Assembly: GCA_030390025.1 (NCBI GenBank)
Contig: CM059431.1
Span: forward strand, 117,244,001 to 117,308,000
Reading direction: 5' to 3'
Source of the DNA: Squalus acanthias
Lineage: Eukaryota
DNA: 64,000 nucleotides
Shown here: positions 32,318-45,825 of the stretch, in pieces
Layout: each line of letters begins with the position of its first letter
Numbering within the stretch: the stretch's first letter is position 1
Program-made: the position numbers and the translations under genes
The notes under the pieces: generated by a model
Databases searched by the model: none
Seen by the model: only the letters and a program-made list of their open reading frames with translations
Told to the model about the DNA's origin: nothing

Positions 32318-32529
32318 GGTTCGCTGTATTGAAAGGGAATCCACTTTCCCACGTGGGATTGGAAATAGATAAGAGATCAAAATACCTTGAAATCAGGCTA
32401 TTGCCTGCAAGCAATCACTTCAACAGTTTTGATTGTTTATTCTATCACCCTAGGTCTATAGCAAAATGTCACAGATCACGATGCTACTGATACGTAATAT
32501 CATTCCTAATTCTCAGGTTATCAATGCTA

Positions 32530-33093
32530 TGGCAGTTGATTCGGCCTCAACTGGAGTATTGCGTCCAATTCTGGGCACTGCACGTTAGGAAGGATGTGAA
32601 GGCTTGAGAGGGTGCAGAAAAGATTTACGAGAATGATTCCAGGGATGAGGGACTTCAGTTACGTGGATAGACTGGAGAAGCTGGGTTTGTTCTCCTTGGA
32701 GCAGTGAAGAATGAAAGGAGATTTGATAGAGGTGTTCAAAATCATGAGGGGTCTGGACAGAGCAGATAGAGAGAAACTGCTCCCATTGGCATAGGGGTTG
32801 AGAACCAGAGGACACAGATTTAAGGTGATGATTGGCAGAAGAACCAAAGGCGACATGAGGAAAAACATTTTTATGCCGCGAGTGGTTAGGATCTGGAATG
32901 CACTGCCTGAAAGAGTGGTGGAGGCAGACTCAATCACCGCTTTCAAAAGGAAGTTGGATAAGTATCTGAAAGAAAAAAATTGTAGGGCTGTGGGGAAAGG
33001 GCAGGGGAGTGGGACTAACTGAATTGCTCTTGCAGAGAGCCGGCACGGGCTCGACAGGCCAAATGGCCGCCTTCCGTGCTGTAACCATTCTAT
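32530..33093 (+). mobile_element. CR1 LINE 3' fragment
   Basis: RPQLEYCVQFW-like segment, RTRGHRFK, WNALPERVVEADSI; tail (attctatg)n split by a MITE. Confidence 0.85.
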
Positions 33094-33836
33094 GGCCCAA
33101 AAATTAGTCTCAGTACGCGAGAGTACGCACTGTGTACTCTCGCGTATTCTGTCTCCAATTGCCGGTTTTCTGCATGCACTGCGCATGCGCTGAAAACCGG
33201 CACTTGGTGAACTCAAAAGGGGGCGGTTCCTAAGTGAACCGCGTGCGCGCTACAGGCTGCGCGCACGCAGTGCACTTAGTGCTTTGAACGCGCAGGTAAG
33301 CATGGAAGATTTTGCACATAAAGAAAGGAGGCGTAAGACCCTCTTTTAACAAGGTAAGTAGTTAATTAAGTATTATTTTAAAAAAATTTCAACAGGTATA
33401 TCTTTTTTAGAGACTTTAAAGAAAGGTAAGTTTATTTTTATAACTTTTAAAAAGATTTTACATTTTTTCAAAAATTTAATTTTTTGTTTAAAGTGGTTAT
33501 TTTAATAAACTATACTTATTTTATTAATGTGATGGTTTTTTTATAAAAAATAATTGAGGTTTAGCTGTTCTTTTGGGGGGTATAGATTCATAGCTTTGAC
33601 AGCCCTTGCTGTCAAAACTATGAATGAAAGATGGTGTGCTGCCATTGGCTCTAACTGAATCACGTGATCCCACAGCTCGCACGAATTAACTGCGTCTGTG
33701 GGATACGCACACACTGCACAGCTGCAGCCTTGAAACTAAAGTTCGTGTGAGCTCGGAAGGAAAAGGCAGGCACGCAGTGAGATATCGCGGGGAAGCCTTA
33801 CCCCCGCAGGAAGGCTCCGTCTTTAATTTCTGGGCC
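33094..33836. mobile_element. PIF/Harbinger-type MITE inserted in the CR1 tail
   Basis: TIRs GGCCCAAAAATT / AATTTCTGGGCC and 3-bp TSD TAT (33091-33093, 33837-33839). Confidence 0.7.
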
Positions 33837-34107
33837 TATGATTCTATGATGCCCTTGCTCGACAAATGAAAGTCAGCTAGATACCAATTTACCTTTCTTT
33901 TGATGAGTGGCAATTTCAAATGCATGAGCTTAGGTAATGTGGTTCTAATAACAAGGCATGTACATTAGGTAACCCTGGGGGAAAATGTTGATTTGATAAC
34001 TCCATGTCTAGACAAAGTGATATATTCTGAAACCTTCGGCTAGTTGGGCAGACATTATTGTTCTATCAATATGGAAATGAGCAGATTAAAGTTCCCTAGA
34101 GTGGATG

Positions 34108-34527
34108 TGGCACTGGACCCTGCAACAGCAGCCAGAAGGCTCAAGGGTATCAGTCAGCAGCGGAGCCTTAAGCCTTTCAAGTCTACAGCTGTGCTCCTGT
34201 TTCCTTCCTGATGTTTAAGCATAAATGTTGTGTTACGAACACTGGTCCAGATTCAATGTTATTAGGAGACTTAATGAAGCGTCAAGACTTATTATTTTGT
34301 GAACCAGTCAATTAAAGGGAACTGCACCTGTCATTATCAATATTCCTGCCCCGAGCCACTTGCATGGCCCTGGCACATGCCAGGTGTAGGCCTGTCCCCT
34401 GGCTAGGCCTCATGCCTGAACATAAGGCAGGAAACAGGAGAACAGCTGTAGGATTGAAAGGCTTAAGTCAGCACTGCTGTCTGCTGCACCGTTGACCTTC
34501 TGGCAGCTGTTGCACGGTCTAGTGCCA
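34108..34527. repeat. Foldback element with about 115-bp imperfect inverted arms
   Basis: 34108-34222 is the approximate reverse complement of 34411-34527 (e.g. cttaagcctttcaa...ctacagctgt versus acagctgtag...ttgaaaggcttaag). Confidence 0.75.
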
Positions 34528-35334
34528 GCAGAATGGGGATAAAATGTGAGGCCTCAGGACTGCAGCTGCATGTCAGACCTTCAAGATTGGGGCCTTCTGG
34601 CTGCAGATGGATCTTGGACTCCAGTCAGCAGGGGTCTGAGGCCAGGCATGCTGCCATGTTTCACTGGTCACCCCTACTCTGTGGCATCCAGCAAAACAGG
34701 TTCCACTCCTTTTTCTGTCTTTGTGCATGGGCAAATGAGCATTCTGGCGGGGCAAAGGTTAGAAAAATTAACCCCAATTTCTTTACATAGAGGATAGATA
34801 GAATGTGGAATTTTCTGTCACAGAATGTTGCTTGAAAACAGAGGCATGAGGATCAAGCTGGAGATTGGGATTAGACTATACGGCTCATGTGGAGAAGGAC
34901 ACTGGCACAGACTTGATGGGCCAAATCCTTGTTGCTGTGCTGTGATATTCTCTGATTCTGTGGCTACTAACTCTTATGTAATTTGTATTTGCAGCATATC
35001 ATAATTCCTCAGGCGTACTGTTCCAAGTGCCATTCTAAACAGAGGTGGAAAAGGGTAAACAGAATATTGCAAATGCTTAAAATGAATAAGTCCCAACGTC
35101 ATTTGTAATCTTGCCATTGATTCATTGCACCAGCTTTTTTTATTACCTCATGCATATTTGTATAATGATTGGTAGCACTTAAATCCTAAAGAATTCGTAG
35201 TCCTAATTGTTCTTGTGACACAAAATAAATATAATTTGCAAAATGCAATAAGAGCTTCTAAATGGGAACAGCGTTGAAGGTGTTATACTCCGTTCTGAGG
35301 AAGAATTTATAACTGAAGCATCAACTGATTTGTG

Positions 35335-35822
35335 TCACCCGTGTCCTAACTCGCACCAAGTCCCGTTCTCCCATCACCCCTGTGCTCGCTGACCTACATT
35401 GGCTCCCGGTTAAGTAATGCCTCGATTTCAAAATTCTCATCCTTGTTTTCAAATCCCTCCATGGCCTCACCTCTTCCTATCTCTGTAACCTCCTCCAGCC
35501 CCACAACCTGGGGTAAAGAGATATCTGCGCTCCTCGAATTCCGGCCCCTTGAGCATCCCTGATTTTAATCGCTCCACCATTGACTGCCGTGCCTTCTGCT
35601 GCCATGGCCCTTAGCTCTGGAATTCCCTCCCGAAACCTCTCTTTTCTTCTTTAAGATGCTCCTTAAAACATATCTCTTTGACCCATCTTTTGATCATCTG
35701 CCCTAATTTAGCCTTATGTGGCTCAGTGTCAAATTTTGTTGATAACGCTCCTGTGAAGCGTCTTGGGATGTTTTACTATGTTAAAGGCAGTATATAAATA
35801 CAAGTTGTTGTTGTTGTTGTTG
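35335..35822 (+). mobile_element. L2 LINE 3' end
   Basis: ITPVLADLHWLPV coding motif; tail tatataaatacaag(ttg)n. Confidence 0.8.
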
Positions 35823-36569
35823 TCTTGACAGATGCTGCCTGACCTGCTCAGTGTCGTCTTTATTTCTTGCTTCCATTTCAGATTTCAAGAAACTGTGGGA
35901 TTTTGCTGTTTGTAGCTGGCAAACTGCTCCCTTGATCCAAGTATTCCTATTATAACTAAGCACCATCAAAAGTCTGGCTGCTTGTTTTGAGTTCCAGATC
36001 TAAATGGCAGTGGGCGAGAAGACCGTGTCCAGTGATTCTGGTCTTGCTACCACCCCATTCCTTTTGAATGGCAGTGGAGAGACCAAAAATTGCCCCTTTG
36101 GTGTCAGGATCTGAAGCGGGGCAGGAAGCTGAGCTTGAAGTCAAGGAAGATGTATGCTTTGGCACTTCTCGGCTTATACTGAGATGGTAGCAAAAAAAGT
36201 CTGGAGGTTCAGGCTGGAGATACTTCAGGATTTGCGGGTGTCAAAGAGGATTCCTTTGATATTGCCAACATCCAGCTGGAAGTAGTTTTGGTACATCCAG
36301 GTCTTAATGTCAGATGGGCCGTTGTAGAGAGTGGCAACAGCCCTTGCATCAATGGAGGAGCCCAAGAAGCAGAGAAATAACTTTTATTTATATAGGGCCT
36401 TATCACATCTTAATAATGTCTTTAAAGATCTTTACAACCAACTAATTATTTACTGAAGTGCTGTTGTTATGTAGGTTCCAAATGATTAAGTGACCAGATT
36501 ATTGTTTCTCGTGGTTTTGATTGAGGTAGAAATGTTGGCCAGCATACCAGGAGAATTCCCTGCTCTTCA

Positions 36570-37940
36570 AACAGGGAACGACAGACCAGTTAGCCTGACA
36601 TCAGTAGTAGGGAAAATGCTAGAAACTATTATTAAGGATGTGGTAACAGGGCACTTAGAAAATAATAATAGGATTGGGCAGAGTCAACATGGATCTATGA
36701 AAGAGAAATCATGTTTGACAAATCTGTTGGAGTTTTTTGAGGTTGTAACTAGCAGAATAGATAAGGGGGACCCAGTGGATGTGGTGTATTTGGAATTTCA
36801 GAAGGCATTCGATAAGGTGCCATACAAGAGGTTATTAAACAAAATTAGTGCTCATGGGATGGGAGTAATAACCTAGCATGGATTAAGGATTGGTTAACGG
36901 ACAGAAAACAGAGAGTAGGAATAAATGGGTCATTTTCTGGTTGGCAGGCTGTAACTAGTGGGGTATTGCAAGGATCTGTGCTTGGGCCTCAGCTATTCAC
37001 AATCTATATCAATGATTTGGATGAGGGGACCAAATGTAATATATCCAACTTTGCTGTTGATACAAAGCTAGTTGGTAATGTAAGTTGTGAGGAGGATGCA
37101 AAGAGGCTTCAAGGGAGTATAGACAGGCTAAGTGAGTGGGCAAGAACATGGCAAATGGAATATAATGTGGAGAAATGTGAAGTTATCCACTTTGGTAGGA
37201 ACAATAGAAAAGCAGAGTATTTTTTAAATGGTGAGAGATTGAGAAATGTTGATGTTGATGTTCAGAGGGACCTGGGTGTTCTTGTACACAAATCACTGAA
37301 AGTTAACAAGCAATTAAAAAAGTAAATGGTATGTTGGTCTTTATTACAAGAGGATTTGAGTATAAGAGTAAAAATGTCTTACTACAATTATATAGGGCCC
37401 TGGTGAGACCACACCTGGAGTATTGTGTACAGTTTTGGTCTCTACCTAAGGAAGGATGTACTTGCCATAGAGGGAGTGCAACGAAGGTTCACTAGACTGA
37501 TTCCTGGGATGGGGGGATTGTCCTATGAGGAGAGATTGAGTAGACTAGGCCTATATTCTCTGGAGTTTAGAAGAATGAGAGGTGATTTCATTGAAACATA
37601 CAAAATTCTTACAGGGCTTGAAAGGGTAGATGCATGGAGGATGTTTCCCCTGGCTGGGGAGTCTAGAACCAGGGGTCACAGTCTCAGAATAAGGGGTCGG
37701 CCATTTAGGACTGAGATGAGGTGAAATTTCTTCACCTAGAGGGCTGTGGAAGCTCAGTCGTTGAGTAAGTTCAAGGCAGAGATTGATAGATTTTTGGATA
37801 TTAAGGGAATCAAGGGATATGGGGATAGTGCAGGAAAGTGGAGTTGAGGTAGAAGATCAGCCATGATTTTATTGATTGGAGGAGCAGGCTCGAGGGGCGG
37901 AATGGCCTACTCCTGCTTCTATTTCTTATGTTCTTATGTT
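36570..37940 (+). mobile_element. 5'-truncated CR1 LINE (RT pseudogene plus 3' UTR)
   Basis: RPVSLTSVVGK, QHG, VDVVYL.FQKAFD, QGSVLGP, NVEKC motifs; tail (ttcttatg)n. Confidence 0.9.
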
Positions 37941-38322
37941 CAAATTGTGCCATGGGATCTCTTAGGTCCCGTTGAATAGGTAGCTGGCGCCTTGGTTTAA
38001 CATCTTATGTAAAAGATAATGACATAGAAATTTGATGGCTCTGTGTCTGTTTTTTGGGTGCTAAACAAGTGCCTAAGCCTCCAACATGGCCAGAAGGAAG
38101 TGCATGCTCATCATGAGCCAGAAGTGCATCACCCACCATTTTGGTATTGGCAGAAAAATAGGCGCCATAAGCCTGTGCCTGAAAGAAGGTTTGAGACATT
38201 TTGCATATGCTGAGAAGTGGCCTACCTCCTGCTTGAGGCCACCTCTGCAATATTGGTTTGCCTTGAGGTAGCCTGCTTGCTACCCTCCCTCTCAATCGGC
38301 CCCCTTCCCAAATACTCCATCG

Positions 38323-39328
38323 GTCTCTTATGCACTTGAATCAACTCTTATTCTCTTTTTCTGATCCTCGGGTATCGCTCTGCTGGACGAGCAGCCTTCT
38401 GTGTTTCTCTGGACTGTGTTGACTCTTGACTTTTAGCCGCACTGGTCGGTTAGTCGAATGTTGGGTGGAGCTCAATCGGAACGAGCCACCCCGACAAGGG
38501 CAAGTGACCGGGTGCACCATCCCGAGAGTCGGTAAACGGTGTCTGGACCCGAAGGCCCGAAGAGACAAGACGAAACGACAAGAAAAGAAGAAGAATCCAT
38601 GTGCCGACACGGTCAGTAAACCCCGACCGTGCCCGAAAATATAAGAAAGACTCTTCATTGAAATCTACCGACAACCGGTGTCGGGCACAGGAAGGCTCTT
38701 CTTTGAACTGTGTCCGAGTTCTGTTGAGTTCTTCATGACAACAGGGAGCCTGGCCTGCTTGTCGCAGCAGCGAAGATAAACAAGTGGGGTACAGAGACCC
38801 TTCCAAACACGTGACAGTCAGGCGCTGCAGCGAAACGAGCCGAGTGCCTCACTTTAAAATTTTCCGACGTAGCACGAGTGGTGAGCATGTTTCCCGATCC
38901 TACAAATCTAGACGTAGTGTAGGTATTGATAAGGGAGGGTGGTTTTATTAAGGATAAAGTATAATGTGTTCCCCTTTTTACGATGTGTCGTGCGTTCTTC
39001 ATTACCATAGACCAAGCTTTATGAATGTATGTATACTTGTACTCTCGTTAGTTTGCGCCTATGACATGTACTTCATGATTTTGGACGCTATGCAATAAAG
39101 ATTTCCATTTCGTACTATTCAACCGGGTCTATTTGAGTTTTCTCTGCATTACTGCTCCCTACACCTAAGTCCAGTGTTAGAACCGTAAGGGCGAGTGGGT
39201 CGAACCACTCACAGGTGCTTATTGCAAAAAGGCTGGCCGGAGACCAGAGCAAGCAATAGTTTTAGGCAACAAAGGCCTAACCTCGCACCAGCACCGTCTG
39301 AGACACAGGCACGACAAAAACCCTTACA
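38323..39328 (+). mobile_element. Diverged relative of the provirus LTR, R-U5 part only, opposite orientation
   Basis: Shares ordered blocks with the LTR (cacggtcagtaaa.cccgaccg, taaacaagtggg, cacgagtggtgagcatg, tgcaataaagattt, ctaagtccagtgt, agaaccgtaaggg); ends CCCTTACA with no PBS after it. Confidence 0.85.
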
Positions 39329-41530
39329 CATGGGTGTGGAACCATGAAAGAGGAAAGCATCAGAGATGGTAAGGAGATCAGTGGGGAATTTGTGGCAAAT
39401 GCAGCCACAGAGGCCAAGAATAGTTTTCAGGAAAGGATTGAGGGAATATGAGAGGCAGAGGCATAGAGAGAATGTCTGGAGTGCAGAGAAGGAATAAGCA
39501 GGGCAGGAAGGAGAGGGATAGAGAGGCAGAAGTGCTCGGTTCTGGGGCATCAATCATTTTGCATGCATAATAAGATGAGCAAAACAAGTTTACCAAACTT
39601 CTATTTGATTAAACCTCTCCATTTCATGAACTGTTGCAACATACTCAGTATATGTCAACCCTTTCATAATGACCTCCAATTATCGGAGTTCTAGAATATC
39701 AAATTTAGTGTCTTTACAGTTGAAGTAAATAGGGAAAGCATGCATAAGATTTCTTAGCCTCAAATTGTTTCCATGTAACATTTTAAGTTGCATATTTTGT
39801 TATTAAGTTCTTGAAATGTTCCAGAATATTCCGTTTGTTTTGAGCATTCCTACTTCATTTGTCCCACTTCAGCATGTAGCCTATTTAAGTTTAGATGGTT
39901 TTTGATAAACTTCCCCCATTAATCTCTATAGATGTTGTGTTAAATTAAGTAATCTTGCATGCATAGTTTTATACACATCATTGGCCTTGGATCTGACTAC
40001 TCATATCCTTTGCAGCTGCCCCCATAGACATTAAACAGAGGCTATAACATTAACCTTATACAATATTGATAAGAGTTTAGGTAAGCGAGTTTGTTAAGGA
40101 CACAGTGGTTGGAATGAGATATGTTTAAACAGCATAAACCATGCATGTGACAAAGTATTGTATGTGTGTGTGTTGGTTCAGAAATCTGCATGTCACTCAT
40201 GAAGTTTGGGTGAGTTGGACAATCTAAAGTCATTCTATTAAAAGACTATGAAGACTTTCCACAGCTAAGCCAGAAAACTTTTCAGCTCGGTGCAGCTGAT
40301 TCACAGATGTCCAAAGTGTTTTGTGGCTTGAATAATAAGGTGGTACAAAGCTGACAGACAGATTTATATTCTGTGACTTGACTAGATTCAAACTAGGATA
40401 AAGTCAGTGAAGCCAGCACCAAGAGTCAGGAACAGAGTGATGTCATATTCAAAATCCATAAGTTCTAATTCATTGGTCTTGTCATAAACCACATTGGGCT
40501 ATTGCCACTAACAACATCCTTTTATCACTGTTCAGATTAGCTTGACATATCCATTACATTTAGACCAGAATCAAGGCTTGCGAAGTCTTCAAAGTTCCCT
40601 TTCCCTGCAAATCCATTGTGTGGAAACATTTTAACAGTGGGACAAGTGGCGAAGTATAGAGGTCTTTGCTTTCTACAGAACAGTGCTACTGTCAGCCAGA
40701 CATCTCTTTTCAGGTTGTAACTCAAACTCCATCATGAGATGGTTTAGAAATAATTTAGGAGAAAAATGAACATTTGTTCCCTTCGATTTATTGCCATTTT
40801 ATCAAAACAAATAAAAGGCATCTGAATAGAAAAGGAGACTGGGTTACTTGAGTAAATCATTTCTTATTTGACATTTAGTACAACACATATATGGTTACCC
40901 AACTTCTGTTTGATTGAATGGCTCCATTTCATGAACTGTTGTGACAGACTCAGTACATGTTAACCCTTTCATAATGACCTCCAATATCTGAGCTGTAGAA
41001 TATCAAACCAAGGCCAAGAAATTCAGGGTGTGTCCATGGTGGAGGGGTGCGCAGGTTCAATGATTGGTGTGAACCGAGGTGCCCCCAATATTGGACATTG
41101 GGCGTTGGGACTCATATCCATCAAGCCAGTGAGCTGCTGAGAGTAAGGGGCAGCTCACCGGTGAAACGTGTTTGAGCGGCTCTTTGGTAAGTGAGGAAGG
41201 CCTGGTTGGGAAGGGGGTGATTGGGTTGGGAGATAGCAGAGGGTGTTGGGGGAGGCGATCGGTGGCTGGGCAAGTGGGAGGGGAGCGGCAGCGATCAAGG
41301 GGTGGGGGCCAACGGCCTGCCTTCTTTTAATGTGGGGTCTCTTCCCACTCTTCCCGGCTCCACATTCAGGTAAGTATATTTTAAAAGCTTACCTTGTTGG
41401 CTGCGGCCCCTTTAAGGTCCGCCAATTATGCTGCACGTAATTCTGGTTTTCTTGAGTACAGCCGCCAATCCAACATGGTTACTTTTACTGGTACTAGCTT
41501 TTTATTTCCAGACTTTTTTAACGTGAGTTC

Positions 41531-42721
41531 TGTAGGGGGTGGTGTGTGGGGGTCAGCCTCACCTCCGACTCAGTGAGCAGTTCGAATCGCTTCCAGGCCC
41601 CTGGTTCTAGACCTTGGACTTATTTAGGGGTTGTGAACAAAGGTGCAGTAGACAACAGGTTTGATGATAGAACTTTGACTTTTATTCAAGGAAGTAAAAC
41701 ACAACACAAACACTCTTATCACTCTAAAGGTGGGGAACGTTTCGGTACAAGCGAGGGAAATAACATTAGAAGAATACTTCACTCCTTCCAATCTCACTTC
41801 ACTAGCTAGGTTGGACTCTGGAGAACCAGGGATAATGCTCACCAAACAAATCCTTGACAGTTGAGAGTTAGGGTTTAGAGTCTTTTGAGTAAAAGGTTTT
41901 GTGAGGCCCTTGTTGCCGCGAGGTGTCCGATGGTCACTGACGCAGTCGCTCTGGTTTCTTGCGTGTCGGTCTGCTTGTGAAGCTGTTGGCCTTCTTTGTT
42001 GAACTTCTTGCTGTAACTCTGCCTCTGTTTAAACTGTCTTCTTCCGAGCTGTGGAACTGCCTTCTTGCAGAACTGTGGCTGCCTGCTTGTCCTGAACTCT
42101 GTTCAACACAGGCTTTCAATTCTGTTGAACTTGAACTCTTTACTGGAGAACTTCAACTGTTGTAACTGCTTGATGGGCCTTCAATTATACTAAATTGAAG
42201 TGGCCTTGTCAAAAACCAAATCAAATCCTGGTCATTGTAAGACCTCGTCAACAGTAACGACTTTACTAAGTGTCAAATGGCTTGCGTCCTGTCGATCTGT
42301 TGTTTAATCGGAGTTTGCATTGTCCTCATGTTTTGGGTTTCTTGCTGGGCCTAGCACTCCTATCTTTATGCATGTCTTTAATGGGTTCTGTGATAGGTTT
42401 TAATGGTTCCTGTGTTGTGGGCTTGGCTGCCTTCTCCCAGAGCCTATTGTCCAAATGTTGATGCTTGCTGGGGCTTGAGTGAGGTCATCCCGATTCCCAG
42501 ACAATGCAATACCCAAAACTGCTATTTACAGAGGTTGACCCACCTCCTGTGCAGCCTTTTCTCCCTTACATGTCCAGACATGTCTTTTTTAAAATGCCAA
42601 AACTTGGTTTTTGGTCTTAAATTCCTTATGTTAGGCCCAAATGCACTTTTATCACTCTGGGGTAGTTCCAAAGTCCTTTTTCCTTAGGTTTTGGGGATCT
42701 GCAAATTTTGGAAACCTTACA
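41531..42721 (-). mobile_element. Solo LTR of a more distant member of the same family, inserted in a SINE
   Basis: TGTAGG...CCTTACA termini; 4-bp TSD gttc/attc (one mismatch); shared blocks gttcgaatc, ggttctagac..tggactta, tttatt, atgctcacca, caattata; the flanks rejoin into a SINE like 62162-62579. Confidence 0.75.
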
Positions 42722-43784
42722 ATTCAAATTCTTAAATGACCATGGTAGGATTTGACTTCACATTTTCCAGATTACTAGTCCAGTAATATAACTACAATGC
42801 TACTGCACCCTAATGTTATGAGATGATAGCTCCATGATGTGTTATATCCTTGAAAGACACCAGTCTGTTATGATTTATGATATATGCAGATGAAATTGTC
42901 AACAAGTCTTTCTGCTAATGATGGCTTTTACGACAGACAGTGATGGATAGCTGCCTCTCACAATCCAATCACATAATTTCACCAAAAGAAGCTAAGAAAG
43001 ACGTCCACTATACTTCTTTACAAAGAACGACCAATGACTGGAATAGTTTTTGGTTAGGTTAGTGGATGCAAAACTCTGGAATTGTTCAAGAGGTAGTTAG
43101 ATGCTGTGATGGGGGAATTGCAGGTTTCTGGGGAAGGATGAGTGAGGTGGACCGAATTATCTCCCTCATCTGTTTGGGAGACTTCCTGTTGGAGTGCAAA
43201 AATCAGAAAATTACCCCATGGTGTATTGATTATTGTTGGTGCTTTAGCTATTTTGTATGGTGAGCATGCCTCGAACAGAAAACATTTAATTGGTTTACAT
43301 TGCATAGTAGCCTTCTCACTGCCATGTAGAAATATTTAATTTGCCAGTTATAATTTCCCGTATTTCCCATAATCTGTCATGATATTCTATTTAATTGCAT
43401 TGAGAAGTAATGTCTCTCATTGTGGTTTCTTGTATCTGTCATATTTGCTGACATTTTTGTCTGATAGAATGTCTTTTTATAGTTATCTTACCTTTGCTTT
43501 TCATGAAACTTTTCATACACAATATCTGTAATTGGTTCTATATGGTAGTTTCTTATCAGCTGCTTTCACCAGTTTTATTAAGTAGCAAAAATGTGGAAGA
43601 TATCTAAATGACCAATGATACTGTCTTATGAAATTTGTCATTTATGTTGTTAAGGAGGCATGTCCTTACAAAGCAATTGGTGTATCATTTTATTAGATTG
43701 TAAACGACGGATGCCATTGTGCCGCTGACTGTGAAAAAAATCTTAAAACAATGAACTGTTTTCCATAATACAAAACATCAAACA

Positions 43785-44897
43785 CGAAAGTAAAAGCCCA
43801 TGGGATCCAAGGCAAAGTGGCAAGTTGGATCCAAAATTGGCTCAGAGGCAGGAAGCAAAGGGTAATGGTTGATGGGTGTTTTTGTGACTGGAAGGCTGTT
43901 TCCAGTGGGGTGCCGCAGGACTCAGTACTAGGTCCCTTGCTTTTTGTGGTATATATCAATGATTTAGACTTGAATGATTAAGAAGTATGCAGGTGATACT
44001 AAAATCAGCTGTGTGGTTGATAATGAAGAAGGGAGCTGTAGACTGCAGGAAGATATCAATGGACTGGTCAGGTGGGCAGAACAGTGGCAAATGGAATTCA
44101 GTCCGGAGAAGTGTGAGGTAATGCATTTGGGGAGGGCTAACAAGGCAAGGGAATACACATTAAATGGTAGGACACTGAGAAGTGTAGAGAAACAAAGGGA
44201 CCTTGGAGTGCAGGTCCACAGATCCCTGAATATAGCAGGCCAAGTAGATAAGGTGGTTAAGAAGGCATTCGGAATAGTTGCCTTTATTAGCCAAAGCAGG
44301 AGCAGGGGTGTTATGCTTGAACTGTATAAAACACTAGTTAGGCCACAGCTAGAGTACTGCGTGCAGTTCTGGTCACCACATTACAGGAAAGATGTGATTG
44401 CACTAGAGAGGGTACAGAGGAGATTTACAAGGATTTTGCCTGGACTAGAGAATTTTAGATATGAGGAAAGATTGGATAGGCTGGGGTTGTTTTCTTTGGA
44501 ACAGAGGAGGCTGAGGGGAGACCTAATTGAGGTGTATAAAATTATGAGGGGCCTCGATAGAGTGGATAGGAAGGGCCTATTTCCCTTAGTAGAGAGGCCA
44601 ACAACCAGGGGGCATAGATTGAAAGTAATTGGTAGGAGGTTTAGAAGAGATTTGAAGGGAAATTTCTTCACCCAGAGGGTGGCTGGGGTCTGGAACTCAC
44701 TGCCTGAAAGGGTGGTCGAGGCAGAAACCCTCACCACATTTAAAAAGTGCTTGGATGTGCACTTGAAGTGCCGTAACCTACAGGGCTACGGACCAAGAGC
44801 TGGAAAGTGGGATTAGGCTGGATAGCTCTTTGTCAGCCAGCGCAGACAAGATGGGCCAAAATGGCCTCGTTCCGTGCTGTAAATTTCTATGATTCTA
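43785..44897 (+). mobile_element. 5'-truncated CR1 LINE
   Basis: 280-aa ORF 43974-44816 with YAGDTK, FSPEKC, LVRPQLEYCVQFWSP, WNSLP; tail ttctatgattcta. Confidence 0.9.
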
Positions 44898-45825
44898 AAC
44901 AGAAATGACTTGTATTTCAGCATATATCACACTTCGTGCCGCACAACACTTTCATAGTGGATGGACAGTATGGCTGCTGTATAAATAAAGCTTTTGGACT
45001 GGGCTGATCATGTCTCAAGAAATGAACCTGCTAAGAATGACGGAATATTTATGTATATTGTAAATTTGAAGTTCAAAAACACTTATGTCATTAAATGTGA
45101 ATAATTAATGACCAATGGGAGCACTAAAGATTATTCTCAACATGCTGCCCATTATTCACCATTAATGCGTTTCAGCTGATCACAATGGAGCAGTGATTAT
45201 CACAGTTTAGCACCTTAACAGCAAGGAAATTAGCCTCTTGACCCTATTAGAAACAAGCTTATCTCCAAAAATGATGTGTAGAATGAACAGAGAGCACCTC
45301 CATACCCTATGCACTAGAATCTGGATGGTTCAATTTGTTCTTCAGGGATAAAGTAAGGTTAGATCATTTTTACATTGGAAAATCAAACCGAGAGGTATTT
45401 TTTTACAGATGCACTGGTACTACATCATTTGTCTCTGGAACGACCCACCCCTCCTCCCCAAAATGCATATAGAAATAACATTTTGGAAGGAGATCACCAG
45501 CTGGGGCAACACTAGAAGTCAGGAAGAGATTCTATGAAAATAAATCAAGGTGTAGCTTTCAATCAATAGGCACAGAAGACTATAGTTGGTGGGTCAGATT
45601 ATTGATATTATCCAAACAAGCTGTTGTGGAATTGTTTAACATAAAATGTCTGGAGGGAGTGTTGGAAGCCATAGTGGCGATATATGCCATTGACAATGGT
45701 AAGTTCTACTTTATGTTTTGCTGTGCATCTTCCTAGATAAGAATTGTAGCTTGTGATAGGAATTGGGCTTCTTAATGGATACTATTATCTGTCAAGCAAC
45801 AAGTACACATGAGCAATAGTTTTTA

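Noticed and set aside
43974..44816. CR1 or other LINE RTs as the missing pol of the LTR element
   Set aside because: These are truncated non-LTR RT fragments that use target-primed reverse transcription and lie outside the LTRs.
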